The notes beneath the pieces were generated by a model. That model saw only the letters and a list, made by a program, of their open reading frames with translations. It was not told the DNA's origin and ran no database searches. This document shows positions 29,219-39,414 of a stretch of 64,000 bases of DNA, piece after piece. Both the position numbers and the translations under genes were made by a program. Source of the DNA: a virus (lineage: Duplodnaviria; Caudoviricetes); the IMG/VR virus record IMGVR_UViG_3300031951_000008; one strand, 5' to 3'. Positions within the stretch are counted from its first letter, which is position 1. Each line of letters opens with the position of its first letter.

Positions 29219-30081
29219 AGTTTAAGCTACCTGATTTCGACTGTTCGAAATACCCCAAAGTCTACGCTGGCACTGGGTCAAGGTACGCTACTGCTACTGC
29301 TGTCGCATATGTAAGTAATAATCAGCTACTTGCTGCCCAGTTTTTAAATAGAACTATTTATTTGTTAAATTTAGAACATAACGGTTCACATACAATTGTC
29401 AGCAGTACTAAAACAACTTACTACCCTGACTTAATGGATTATAAGGGAGGCTTAATTGCTACAGCGAATTTTCCTTCTCTTGAATTTGCAGATGGGTCTT
29501 TGTCTTTATTCAGATTAGAAGGATCTAAGATAGTCCACGACAAGGATATTGTTCTAAAGGGCATGAGGTGCCACGGCTGCCGAATTATTGACGAAAACAC
29601 TGTTATAGTGACGAATACAGGCGATAATAACAGAGGCTTACTATTTGTGAATACTAATACAGGCTCATATGAGCTTTTCGATGATTTTCTATATTATCCT
29701 AAAGACATACTTATAAGAGGTAATAGTCTTTATATAAGTAGCTCGGCTAGTAGGCCTAATCTCAAACCGGTAGAAATACTTGATTCTATATTATATAGAT
29801 TTAATAAAAGCACTTTGGAGAAGGAATCGGAGCTAGTCTTCCACGGTCAGACAGATGCTATAGCAGTCGATGAGAATGATATATTTATAACATTGCAGGG
29901 ACAGCATTGTTTAGCTTATTTAACAGATCTAGAGGAGATAAAATTCGTAGGTTATATAGGCGGATATGATTTCCCGCATGGTATAGCTTCTAAAGCTGGT
30001 AACATCTGCGTGAGTAACTATGGCGACAATACTATTGACATACAACACAAGACAACTTTAATACAAAAACAGGCGGTATAA
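29215..30081 (+). CDS. Beta-propeller (NHL/YncE-like) protein
   Basis: Repeated blade motifs: YPDLMDY, CHGCRI, YPKDILI, TDAIAV, FPHGIA...ICVSNYGDNTI. Confidence 0.6.
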   Translation: MKFKLPDFDCSKYPKVYAGTGSRYATATAVAYVSNNQLLAAQFLNRTIYLLNLEHNGSHTIVSSTKTTYYPDLMDYKGGLIATANFPSLEFADGSLSLFRLEGSKIVHDKDIVLKGMRCHGCRIIDENTVIVTNTGDNNRGLLFVNTNTGSYELFDDFLYYPKDILIRGNSLYISSSASRPNLKPVEILDSILYRFNKSTLEKESELVFHGQTDAIAVDENDIFITLQGQHCLAYLTDLEEIKFVGYIGGYDFPHGIASKAGNICVSNYGDNTIDIQHKTTLIQKQAV

Positions 30082-30090
30082 ACCGCCTGT
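30065..30090 (-). terminator. Intrinsic terminator for the HU gene
   Basis: ACAGGCGGT-loop-ACCGCCTGT 9-bp stem followed by TTTT on the minus strand. Confidence 0.7.
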
Positions 30091-30117
30091 AACAAAAGTC
30101 ATCTTAAGAGCAGTGTC

Positions 30118-30450
30118 TTACTTTGATTCGATGTGGAATTTGCTAACCGCTTCTTTAAGATATTTCAAAGCTTTGACTTTAACCACGCTATAAGCAGGTT
30201 TGGCCTCGACTTTCACTTCTTTCTTTGTGAAAGGCGAGATTTTGACCCCGGCTTCAGTGGCTGGCTTATCGACCTTGTTGATCTTTACAAGCCCTGGTAG
30301 GGTAAAGGTACCTGTTATGTTTGTTTGTTCTATCGCAACGGAAGCGAGAGCATCGAGCACCGACTTGACTTGATCGACGCTTAATTCACAAGTACTTGCT
30401 AAGCGTGATCTTAACTCTGATAGAGTCATTGGTTTTTGTTGTTCCGACAT
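30118..30450 (-). CDS. hup: HU-family DNA-binding protein
   Basis: MTLSELRSRLA...FTLPGLVKI..VDKPAT...SPFTKKE...AKPA...VKVKALKYLK; GGAGG RBS. Confidence 0.9.
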   Translation of the reverse strand: MSEQQKPMTLSELRSRLASTCELSVDQVKSVLDALASVAIEQTNITGTFTLPGLVKINKVDKPATEAGVKISPFTKKEVKVEAKPAYSVVKVKALKYLKEAVSKFHIESK

Positions 30451-30474
30451 AATTCCTCCAGTAAAAAAGAGACC

Positions 30475-30483
30475 ATATATTTA
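30475..30483 (-). promoter_or_regulatory. Candidate late promoter element TAAATATAT
   Basis: Upstream of the HU gene on the minus strand. Confidence 0.45.
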
Positions 30484-30508
30484 CTATTGATACTTATTCA
30501 ACGTAACA

Positions 30509-30517
30509 CAAATATAG
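30509..30517 (+). promoter_or_regulatory. Candidate late promoter element CAAATATAG
   Basis: 3 nt upstream of the ATG at 30521. Confidence 0.45.
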
Positions 30518-30520
30518 CCT

Positions 30521-31129
30521 ATGAAACTTAATCACATATTAAAAGAAATACGATCTGGGTTCATTTATCCTGCAAATCACAAGTTAGATGTTATCAAGAG
30601 ATCTAATAAGCTATCTGTAGTGCTAGGCGAAGAATATAATAGTAAGATTATTGTGTACAAGGGAGTCTCTAAGACTACCGGTTTAATGAATTGGCCGGTC
30701 CGCACCGTTGGCGGTGTCGGTTATCATATACCAGGCTTTATGTCAGTTTATGATATCGCTGTGGTTTATTCAGAACCATCATTGACTGGTTCCGACGACC
30801 AGCACTCGATGATAGTGAAGGTAGAGTTAGATAGTAAAGAGGTAGAGAATCGCTCCGAGGAGTATGCTGAATGGTGTCGTGACAATAACATATCGAAACC
30901 GGACATTAGTGTAAATCTTCCTGAACATTGGAGAAATGATAAAAAGATTTGGACAATTGTAGAAAGCGGCTCTGGCCATAGCGGTGTAAGCTGCTATGGT
31001 AATGCGAGTTTTGTTTATTCGGGTATACCAGTAGAATATGAAGTCGTGAAGTACTACGAGAATCAGAATGAGTGGGAGGAGGATAATATGGCCCTCCTTA
31101 GAAGCTGGCAAGCTGGGGTTAAAAAGTGA
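30521..31129 (+). CDS. Hypothetical protein, probable internal head protein
   Basis: N-terminal MKLNHILKE resembles cleavable head-targeting leaders. Confidence 0.55.
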   Translation: MKLNHILKEIRSGFIYPANHKLDVIKRSNKLSVVLGEEYNSKIIVYKGVSKTTGLMNWPVRTVGGVGYHIPGFMSVYDIAVVYSEPSLTGSDDQHSMIVKVELDSKEVENRSEEYAEWCRDNNISKPDISVNLPEHWRNDKKIWTIVESGSGHSGVSCYGNASFVYSGIPVEYEVVKYYENQNEWEEDNMALLRSWQAGVKK

Positions 31130-31160
31130 GAGCTGATGCATTCAACGCTAGATTACCATG

Positions 31161-31169
31161 TAAATATAT
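31161..31169 (+). promoter_or_regulatory. Candidate late promoter element TAAATATAT
   Basis: Intergenic, upstream of the portal gene. Confidence 0.5.
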
Positions 31170-31209
31170 GATACATTGCATAGCTTGAGAACTTGAAGAA
31201 TCATTAATT

Positions 31210-33135
31210 ATGCCTAATAATTGGTTGGTATTTGATAGAATCAGGGCCTTAACTAGGCAAAACCAATTATATCAAGCCGAGCGCACATATCAAGACCAGC
31301 CTAGCATAGACAGGCTGACAGCCGGTGGCGAGTTCTTAGATATGAATCAGCAGGCTGCAATATTGGATCAAACCAATTTGCAGATCAATAGGCTTGAAAG
31401 GTACAAGGATTACGAGCAGATGGATCAAATGGGCGAGATTAGTCTTGCTCTAGATCTATATGCGGACGAGACGAGCTTAGTGGACCCTGAGAGGAAGCAC
31501 ACATTAGTAATCAGGGCGAGAAATAGAAGACTAAGAAAAGAATTAGAAAATTTATTCTTTAATATATTGAGATGGGATACTTACAATAGGCCCACTACTA
31601 GATATCTCTGTAAGTACGGCGATGCACCATTTGAAGTGATATTAGACGCTGATCGATCGGGCGTGTCATCTCTGAAGTTTATGAATGTCTATAACTTCAC
31701 AAGAATTGAGACCAGATACGGCGACTTAGTCGGCTTCTTTTATATGGATGCACTCTATCCAAGGCCGCAATTCTTACACCCCTGGCAGGTAATGCATTTG
31801 CGATTGACTAGCTTTGAGAATATCTATCATCCTTACGGTCGGGCAGTATTAGACGGCGGCAGAAAGGCTTTTAAGCAGCTTAGGCTGATGGAGGATGCGG
31901 CCTTAATATATCGGATAACTAGAGCCCCAGAAAAGAGAAAATTTAGTATACCTGTAGGGAATATTCCTCCAAAGGAAGTGCCTGAGTACATGCAGATGAT
32001 TGCACGTAACTTCAAAAGGCAACGATTTTACAATCCTACGACTGGCACATTTGATGAAAGATATTCGCCGTTAATACAGGAAGATGATATCTTCTTACCA
32101 CGTCGCCCAGACGGGTCAGGTCCAGACATAGATGTCTTGCCTGGTGCAGAGAATCTGGACCAGATCGCCGATATTGAATACTTCAAGAAGAAGATGATAG
32201 CCCCTATGAAGATACCATTCGCGAGAGTGGGAATTGGAGAGGGCGGTGGAGAGTCCAGCGAGAAATCGTTATCTCAATCGCATGCTGAATTTGCTAAGGC
32301 TGTGCAGTGGATACAGAGAGAAGTCGCAACAGGCTTAACCAAAATAGCCATTATCCATCTAGCATTAAGAGGATACAGAACAGAAGATTTAAGAGGCTTT
32401 GAACTTGCCCTGACAGCCACTTCTGCTATGGAAGAGCTGTACAGGATCGAAACCTGGCAAACAAGAGTTGGTGTGATGGCAGATCTAAAGGAACTTGGAT
32501 GGTTCCCCAAAGAATGGATCGTCACACACTTTACTGATCTTTCGCCAGATGAGATCGAAGAACTGGAGGAGATGGAAGGTATAGCCAACACTCCAGATGA
32601 GCAGCAAGGGCAGATAGGTGGTGCACCATCTGGTGGATTGGGAGGAATGGGTGGTCTGCCTCCAGATATCGAAGAAAATGACGAAGAAGCAGAAGCACCG
32701 CAGGCAGAAGCCGAACCTATGCCTGGAGCAGCCATGGAGGGATTAGACTTAAGCTCTAGATCAGAGTTATTGCTTGAGATGAAGAATGCTGATAATAGAC
32801 AACAACGACAACGAATTTTGAAGCGTTGGGCTGATAGACTCGGCAGACTTGCTGAAAGCAGAGAATTTAGTTCAGGATTCGACCATATATTAGAATCGAA
32901 GGAATTAGATGGATTATCGAGGAAAGAACAAGTATCTCATGAATCCGGCACTATATTAGAATCTATCACTGACCCAAACTTAGATGGTGATAATATATTG
33001 GTTCGATGGTCAGTAGATAAGAAATTACGCGATGAGACAATTAAAGAAACATATGATCTGTTGGTCGGCGAAGAACTTGATGTCGGCGATGATATTGAGG
33101 AAATCCAAGAAGAGGATTTGCCGATTAAAGACTGA
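31210..33135 (+). CDS. Portal protein (gp20-like)
   Basis: RLERYKDYEQMD, ALDLYADE, RYLCKYGD, PWQVMHLR, PYGRAVL, LMEDAALIYRITRAPE, EDDIFLP, LPGAENL, IEYFKKK. Confidence 0.95.
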   Translation: MPNNWLVFDRIRALTRQNQLYQAERTYQDQPSIDRLTAGGEFLDMNQQAAILDQTNLQINRLERYKDYEQMDQMGEISLALDLYADETSLVDPERKHTLVIRARNRRLRKELENLFFNILRWDTYNRPTTRYLCKYGDAPFEVILDADRSGVSSLKFMNVYNFTRIETRYGDLVGFFYMDALYPRPQFLHPWQVMHLRLTSFENIYHPYGRAVLDGGRKAFKQLRLMEDAALIYRITRAPEKRKFSIPVGNIPPKEVPEYMQMIARNFKRQRFYNPTTGTFDERYSPLIQEDDIFLPRRPDGSGPDIDVLPGAENLDQIADIEYFKKKMIAPMKIPFARVGIGEGGGESSEKSLSQSHAEFAKAVQWIQREVATGLTKIAIIHLALRGYRTEDLRGFELALTATSAMEELYRIETWQTRVGVMADLKELGWFPKEWIVTHFTDLSPDEIEELEEMEGIANTPDEQQGQIGGAPSGGLGGMGGLPPDIEENDEEAEAPQAEAEPMPGAAMEGLDLSSRSELLLEMKNADNRQQRQRILKRWADRLGRLAESREFSSGFDHILESKELDGLSRKEQVSHESGTILESITDPNLDGDNILVRWSVDKKLRDETIKETYDLLVGEELDVGDDIEEIQEEDLPIKD

Positions 33136-33242
33136 AGCAGATATTATGTTCGTTCAAAATTAGACGTAGTCATCTAAAACGTAATTCATATGATAGAAAT
33201 TAATCTATCTGAAGAAAGCGTGATACTAGGAGTTAAAGAAGC

Positions 33243-36197
33243 ATGCCAAAGCCGGTGAAAATCGATAGTCGTAAGTTTTTGAGTGCCATCAATGAGTCTG
33301 CACAAGCGAATGTGGCACTTTATGAAGAAAAGGTTAGCCAGCTAGGACGCAGTGCCGGTAAAAGCTGGAAGCTGGCTTCTTTAAACAACAAGAGTTTGTA
33401 TATTGAAGACTCTCAAAGCAACACTTATTACGTTGCAGACCATAGCAAAGAACATGGTAAGGTAACAATCACGAATATTAGACCGCTCCAGATCGTTGAA
33501 GGCGAGAAAGAGGGCCTGTTCGCAGAGAACTGCTTAAAGCTAGTGCAAGCTATTTCTGAGAACGATCAAAAAGGAATGCAGACCGTATTCGATCGGATGA
33601 AAGCCCAGAGATTTTCTTCGCGAGCAGTGCCTCATTCAGGATCTGTAAAATGCAAGGATGGGGTTCTACGTAAGATTAATATTGTCCCAGAGAGTGCTAC
33701 ATTCACTGAAAGTGAAAGACGCAAGTTAATTTCGACGATTGTTGAAAGCTTGTCGGACAATGTGATCGTAGAGAACGGCAACATCGTAGGTGGCACATTT
33801 AACGACGGCGAACCGATCAAGCTTCCAGTGACCAAGTGGGCATCAAGGAAACTTGTAGCCAAGCGGATGTTAGAATCTGCAAAGAACGCATACTGGTCAG
33901 AAGGATTCCAAAAGAGAATCTACGATATCTCACGGTTAGTCGCTGAGTCGAAAATCGAACAAGCTGTACATGCCGTTGCTCCATTCTTGGACGAAATGGA
34001 AGAGTTTACTCTTTTAAACCAGAACCAATGGCAGGAATTGGTGGAAAACGCATTAGCTGCAAATGCTGTTTTCAATCAACAGCTATGCGAAGACACAGCG
34101 ACTTTGATGTTCAAGACGAACATGCGAATTAGCCGCGAGAAGATCGTGAAAGAATGGCGTAACATTGCTGTGAAGACAGAACACCCTGTTTTAGCGGAAA
34201 ATGTGAGCGTTCTGGCTGATTCGCGCAATTTTGAGTCTTCCTATCAGAAGTTTTTATCTCTGATCTTTGAAGCCGTATCGAACAGAGAAATAACCGCAGA
34301 AGCTCTAGCTACTACTTTAGAAGTTTTGAAGAACAAGACTCCTAAAATTAAAGAGTCTCATGATTTGTCCAGTAAGCTTGACAACTTGGTAGCACGCTTG
34401 AAAGATTCGAACTTAGATGATGCTGCGATCTACGAAGCAGAAGACTTAATAGCGACAATCCAAGAAGAGCTAACAGCTAACGACTCACTCCAAGATTTTG
34501 ATCAGATGCCCGGATTGGGCGGAGGCGATGCTGGGTTAGATGTAGAGGCAGGTAGCGGAACACCGGTAATCAACATTAACTCTCCACTCATTCAGATCGG
34601 TGGAAGCAGCTCGGCAAGTGGCGATCAAGGTGAAGATGATCTTAGCGATCTAGATATGGGCGAAGAGATGCCAAGCGAGGAGGAAAGCTTGGATGACTTA
34701 CTTGGCGCAGCCCCAACGCAAGCACCTGCCGCTCCTGCTGCTGCACCAGCACAGGCCCCAGCTGCTCCTGCAGCCGCCCCCGCTTTTGAAAGCAGACTCA
34801 AAGGCCGTGCTGTGAATGAGTCTCGTCCGGTTCATTATGAGATGAAAGACGAAAATGACGATGACATGCCAGGTGAGGAAGAAGAGATTGAAGAATCCAA
34901 TGATCCATATTCTTACAATGGTGGCTCTGTTGTCGAGCATACCTTGTTAAATGACTATGGTTCTCCTGTGATATCAGACAGAGCAGACTTGGCTAAGATC
35001 ACCAACGTCATGAGAAGATTAGCTGTCACAAGAAGACTTACTGGTGAGATGCTAGAGCACAATCTGCCAAGCATGGCTGAAGCGAGTATCAAAGCATTAG
35101 GCATCAGACTTCATGAATCGAAGATGCCGAGAGCTATTGAACAAGCAATCGAGTTGTTCAATGAAGAATCAGGAAAGAATCCTTTCCCTGGGGCTGCACC
35201 GCCTTTCGGCAAGAAGTCTTCTGTTGATAATGATGGCGACGGCAAGTTCAACTGGGAAGATGAAGATGAGAGCGAAGACGATAGCGAAGATGAAGGAATG
35301 GCTGAAGAGCAATACCATAAGCCAAGCATTCCACAGAGAGGATACAAGAAAGCTAGCGTTCAACAGTTAGAAGAGGGTATAGCTTGGGGGACTTCTCAAG
35401 CAGATGCTGTACTCGGTGAGTATCGTGGTGTCCCATTCATCTTCGACCATGGTGGAGATAATCAAGCATTATCACCAGTAATCTTGAGTGAAGATGGATC
35501 GGTCGAAATTCCAATTCCAGCTAATCTGGTGGAGAGTGCTTTCGCTGCTGCTAATATGGCCAGTGGATCAGGAGAAGCATTCTGTCAATGGCTTGGCGGT
35601 TCGATCGAGCAACTGCGTCCTATTACTGACGACGAGGATTTGTCGATCAGTGAGGCGATGGCAAAGATTACTACTGGCCCAGATGGGTCGATATCAGTCG
35701 AAGTTTCAGATGACGTTGAAGTCAATGAGCTTGGGGACGATATGGACGATATGGACGATATGGGCGATATGGAAGATGAGGGAGAATCAGAAGCAGAATT
35801 TGACTTAGACAATGACGGTGAAACCGATGTAGAAGTCGAAATGGACGACGAAATGCAGCCAGTTGATGCAGTGGATGTCTCAGTGGTAGATTCAGAAGCT
35901 GGCGACGAAGATGAGATGCCAGATTTTGACGATGAAGAGTCCATGGATGATGACGGCTCAGATGAGTCAGAGGACTTCGGCGACGAATCTGATGAAGACG
36001 AAGGCTTGGCAGAGGACAATGATATCACTGATCCAAAGAGTGCTAAGTACGCGAAGCACACGAAGGAGAACTTGCGTGATATGCCGACACCAAAGCTCCC
36101 AAAGAAGTCAGATGACCAACTAGACAAACTCGGACCGACGCTTAAAAACGACGACGGTTCGGGCACGAAACCACCAGTAGCAAGGAAGGGCAGCTAG
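33243..36197 (+). CDS. Large acidic prohead core / scaffold-like protein
   Basis: Lies between portal and protease; many (I/L/V)-x-E-S sites; AP-rich linker and very D/E-rich C-terminal third. Confidence 0.6.
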   Translation: MPKPVKIDSRKFLSAINESAQANVALYEEKVSQLGRSAGKSWKLASLNNKSLYIEDSQSNTYYVADHSKEHGKVTITNIRPLQIVEGEKEGLFAENCLKLVQAISENDQKGMQTVFDRMKAQRFSSRAVPHSGSVKCKDGVLRKINIVPESATFTESERRKLISTIVESLSDNVIVENGNIVGGTFNDGEPIKLPVTKWASRKLVAKRMLESAKNAYWSEGFQKRIYDISRLVAESKIEQAVHAVAPFLDEMEEFTLLNQNQWQELVENALAANAVFNQQLCEDTATLMFKTNMRISREKIVKEWRNIAVKTEHPVLAENVSVLADSRNFESSYQKFLSLIFEAVSNREITAEALATTLEVLKNKTPKIKESHDLSSKLDNLVARLKDSNLDDAAIYEAEDLIATIQEELTANDSLQDFDQMPGLGGGDAGLDVEAGSGTPVININSPLIQIGGSSSASGDQGEDDLSDLDMGEEMPSEEESLDDLLGAAPTQAPAAPAAAPAQAPAAPAAAPAFESRLKGRAVNESRPVHYEMKDENDDDMPGEEEEIEESNDPYSYNGGSVVEHTLLNDYGSPVISDRADLAKITNVMRRLAVTRRLTGEMLEHNLPSMAEASIKALGIRLHESKMPRAIEQAIELFNEESGKNPFPGAAPPFGKKSSVDNDGDGKFNWEDEDESEDDSEDEGMAEEQYHKPSIPQRGYKKASVQQLEEGIAWGTSQADAVLGEYRGVPFIFDHGGDNQALSPVILSEDGSVEIPIPANLVESAFAAANMASGSGEAFCQWLGGSIEQLRPITDDEDLSISEAMAKITTGPDGSISVEVSDDVEVNELGDDMDDMDDMGDMEDEGESEAEFDLDNDGETDVEVEMDDEMQPVDAVDVSVVDSEAGDEDEMPDFDDEESMDDDGSDESEDFGDESDEDEGLAEDNDITDPKSAKYAKHTKENLRDMPTPKLPKKSDDQLDKLGPTLKNDDGSGTKPPVARKGS
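35736..35771 (+). repeat. 9-bp tandem repeat (GACGATATG x3 plus one variant)
   Basis: Encodes DDM DDM DDM GDM in frame. Confidence 0.85.
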
Positions 36198-36198
36198 C

Positions 36199-36981
36199 AT
36201 GCTACCAAGTCGCAGTGCTTATATTGGTAATGGGATGATTATCGATAGGAAACTGATAGCAGAAACTGGTGTAATACCAGTAGGTCTACAGCTGATTACA
36301 GATACCTTCCCATTCCAAGTCATCGATAAAAAAGAAACGGTGACAGAAGATGTAAATGGTCGAGAAGTACCGGTGATGAGAGTTACCGGCCTTTTCCAAA
36401 TGGGCGATAAGGAAAATGCTAACCAGCGTTTTTACTCTACCAAAGATGTTTTAGCTCCGGCTGTACAAAGCATCCAAGAAGATGTAAGTGGTAGGGCGGT
36501 GATGGGCGAGTATGATCACCCCGCCGATGCTAAGATCCACTTAGATCGCGTAAGTCATCTCATAACGAAAATATGGATGGATGGACGCAAGGTCTTTGGA
36601 GAAGCTGAGATCTTACACAAGTTACCACTAGGTGCATGCCTTAGAGGACTATTCGAGCATAAAGTTCGAGTCGGTATCTCTTCTAGAGGCGTTGGTGACA
36701 TGGAGGTAGCTGAAAACCACGGGCAACAGATCTACCGCGTCATGCCAGGCTATGCTTTCGTTACTTGGGACGCAGTAGCAGAACCATCGGTTAGCGGAGC
36801 TATCCTTAATATTCAAGAAGGTCTGAACAGACGCTTGAATCCCATTAAGAAGTTACGGAATCAATTTACGCCAGAGACTTATAACAACTTGGTAGTAGAA
36901 GAAATAAACGACTACTTCGGGTTGAATAAGAGAGGCCCAAAATCAGGTTTGAATACTAGAAGCTTGCGAACGCGTAGCTAA
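36199..36981 (+). CDS. Prohead protease (gp21-like)
   Basis: GLFQMGDKENANQRFY, GEYDHP, VSHLIT, GVGISSRGVG-like ISSRGVGD, TWDAVAEPS. Confidence 0.93.
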   Translation: MLPSRSAYIGNGMIIDRKLIAETGVIPVGLQLITDTFPFQVIDKKETVTEDVNGREVPVMRVTGLFQMGDKENANQRFYSTKDVLAPAVQSIQEDVSGRAVMGEYDHPADAKIHLDRVSHLITKIWMDGRKVFGEAEILHKLPLGACLRGLFEHKVRVGISSRGVGDMEVAENHGQQIYRVMPGYAFVTWDAVAEPSVSGAILNIQEGLNRRLNPIKKLRNQFTPETYNNLVVEEINDYFGLNKRGPKSGLNTRSLRTRS

Positions 36982-37029
36982 TATTATTCGTGCAAAAATA
37001 ATTTCAGCAGTTCCAGGAGCAATTTGACT

Positions 37030-37728
37030 ATGAAAATCAAGAACCTTTTAGTTAAGGCAGGCTGTAACCCAGAGTTGGTTGACAGCATTGTTGAGTCTTT
37101 GGAAACTTACAAAGCATCTGTCAGAGATGAATTTGAAGCAGATTTCAAGGCTCGGATTGAGCAGGCAAAGAAAGTCTGCCTGGAAGAAACTGAAGCATAC
37201 AAGAGAACACTCGCGAAGCGAGTGCAGACCTTTTGTGAGACGAAAACTGCTGCTGTTGAAGCAAGCGTTGCTAAGCAGTCGGCCCTTAATGAGTCTGAAG
37301 CAGCCTCCAAGCTACGCCAGTTAAGCAATATGCTTAGCGGCTATGCAATGAATGGTGCTGATAATGGACAAATTACAGCCGCGTTGGGTAAAGAAAAACG
37401 CAGAAGCCAGCAGTTGAGCGAAGAGAAGAGTAAGGCGATTGAAGTCGCTAACCGTCAAACCGAAATTGCCAAAAAGGCTCTTAAGGAAAACCGACGTTTA
37501 GCTACTGAGTTAGCGAACGCTAAGAAGCAAATTGCAGAGGGTGTAGTACCTCAACGCAATTCTACGCGGATCGACGAGAGCCGCAAGCCTGCTTCGACCC
37601 CACGCACTCACCGCCCAACGCTTCTTGAGAATCAGGATCGGAGAGCTAAACCGGCACAGCCAACCGCTCTTAATAAGCGGACTGGCATTTCGGCCATTGC
37701 TGAAACAATGGACACTGACCTGATCTAA
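37030..37728 (+). CDS. Capsid scaffolding protein (gp22-like)
   Basis: Coiled-coil protein between protease and major capsid; AGGAG RBS. Confidence 0.75.
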   Translation: MKIKNLLVKAGCNPELVDSIVESLETYKASVRDEFEADFKARIEQAKKVCLEETEAYKRTLAKRVQTFCETKTAAVEASVAKQSALNESEAASKLRQLSNMLSGYAMNGADNGQITAALGKEKRRSQQLSEEKSKAIEVANRQTEIAKKALKENRRLATELANAKKQIAEGVVPQRNSTRIDESRKPASTPRTHRPTLLENQDRRAKPAQPTALNKRTGISAIAETMDTDLI

Positions 37729-37779
37729 TAGTAGATCGATTGTCGAACCAACAAAACCCAACGCCAGGAGAAACTGAAA

Positions 37780-39381
37780 ATGGCTTTACGTTCAAGAATG
37801 GTACAACGCGGTGGTCGGCACCTCGTTGAGAGCACCAATGCAAGACGACCTATTAACGAAGTCGTCGATCCACACGCTGCAAGCGTTATGCGGGAGTCGA
37901 AGAAGAACGGCCTCGTTAAAAAGTGGTCCCCAGTTCTGCAGAAATGCCAAGAAGTCACGCCAGGTAAATTTGGCTTGATGGCGGCAATTCTGGAGAACCA
38001 GTACAACCACAACAGCCCAACCAATCGTTCGATCATTCTCGAAGATCAAACGACCACTGCGAACATTGCTGACTTCACCCGATTCGCCTTGCCTCTGATT
38101 CGCAAGTCGTATCCGAAGCTCATCGCTGATAACCTTGTCGGTGTCCAGCCAATGAGCCAACCAGCCAGCTTGATTTTCTACATTCGATACCGATACGCTT
38201 TGACCAAGGGTCAAACTGTTGCTGGTACTCAAATCATGCGTCAGAACACGGCTCAAGGATATGCTCGCCAAAACGGTTGGGCACTTGATCCGTACTACTC
38301 GTCGCAAGAAGTCCGTGGCGAAGACGCTACGATCGTCGGCGGCACAGTAGTTAGTGCTACTCTCGCACACCGACCTGTATTGGCCGGTACCGTGATGGTC
38401 GAGGTTTTTGCTAGCGAAGCAGATGCCAGCCCAAGCTGCGACGATGCTGAACCATGCTTGCGAGTTACTTTCGATGCCAACGGCGATGCCGACAACGTCA
38501 TCATCGGCGATTGCACCGATTTTACCTCCACGATCTCGGTAGACGTTTCGACCCCAGGTGCGACAGCTTTCAACCACACCACCGGTGCAGTACAGATCAG
38601 CCTTGACGGCGGATCGTTCCCAGTTGGAGCTGTTGCTCGCGTCAATTACGACTATGACCTCGAAGCGAATCCTTTCCAGCCAGAGGTGACTCTGAGCATC
38701 GATAGCGATTCTGTCGCAGCGATTACCAGAAAGCTCAAGACTTCTTGGTCGCTTGAAGCCGCTCAAGATCTCAAGGCCGTCCACAACATCGACGCTGAAA
38801 GCACGCTGACCGATCTGATGGCTGATGAAATGGTCGCCGAAATCGACCGGGAAATCATCAATGACCTCATCATCGCTGCTGCTATCCGTGCTAACCACAA
38901 CTTTGCGACTGCTGCTGGTGCCTCGGTTAACTTCACCGACCGCAACATCGCCCTGATGTACAAGGCACTGGAAGTCGCGAATATCATCCACAGAACCACC
39001 CTCCGTGGTCCTGCGAACTGGATGGTTATGTCATCCGACATCTGCTCGAAGTTCGAACAGCTTAACGACTTCCGAGCATCCGATGCTTTCACGACTGAAG
39101 GCGTTGATGTCGGGATTATGAACGTTGGTACGATCCAAGGCAAGATGAAGATCTACAAAGATCCTCTCTTCCCGAACTGCAAGATTTTGATGGGCTTCAA
39201 GGGATCTAGCGTTTTGGATGCTGGTTACTTCTACGCACCATACATTCCATTGCTCTCGACCCCAACCGTTCTCGATCCGAACAGCTACACTCCGTCTAAG
39301 GGTATCATGACCCGATACGGCAAGAAGCTCATTGAAGACGGTGGTCTTTACTACGCGACGATCAACGTCAGCAACCTGTAA
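37780..39381 (+). CDS. Major capsid protein (gp23-like)
   Basis: ILENQ, LVGVQPMSQPASLIFYIR, RKLKTSWSLEAAQDLKAVH, EIDREII, RGPANW, YFYAPYIP, KGIMTRYG. Confidence 0.97.
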   Translation: MALRSRMVQRGGRHLVESTNARRPINEVVDPHAASVMRESKKNGLVKKWSPVLQKCQEVTPGKFGLMAAILENQYNHNSPTNRSIILEDQTTTANIADFTRFALPLIRKSYPKLIADNLVGVQPMSQPASLIFYIRYRYALTKGQTVAGTQIMRQNTAQGYARQNGWALDPYYSSQEVRGEDATIVGGTVVSATLAHRPVLAGTVMVEVFASEADASPSCDDAEPCLRVTFDANGDADNVIIGDCTDFTSTISVDVSTPGATAFNHTTGAVQISLDGGSFPVGAVARVNYDYDLEANPFQPEVTLSIDSDSVAAITRKLKTSWSLEAAQDLKAVHNIDAESTLTDLMADEMVAEIDREIINDLIIAAAIRANHNFATAAGASVNFTDRNIALMYKALEVANIIHRTTLRGPANWMVMSSDICSKFEQLNDFRASDAFTTEGVDVGIMNVGTIQGKMKIYKDPLFPNCKILMGFKGSSVLDAGYFYAPYIPLLSTPTVLDPNSYTPSKGIMTRYGKKLIEDGGLYYATINVSNL

Positions 39382-39414
39382 GCTGTTGATATTCGACTAA
39401 GCTACTTAGAAATT

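Noticed and set aside
37792-38991. 399-aa antisense ORF inside the major capsid gene
   Set aside because: Shadow ORF explained by the strong codon bias of the capsid gene; no protein-like motifs or RBS.
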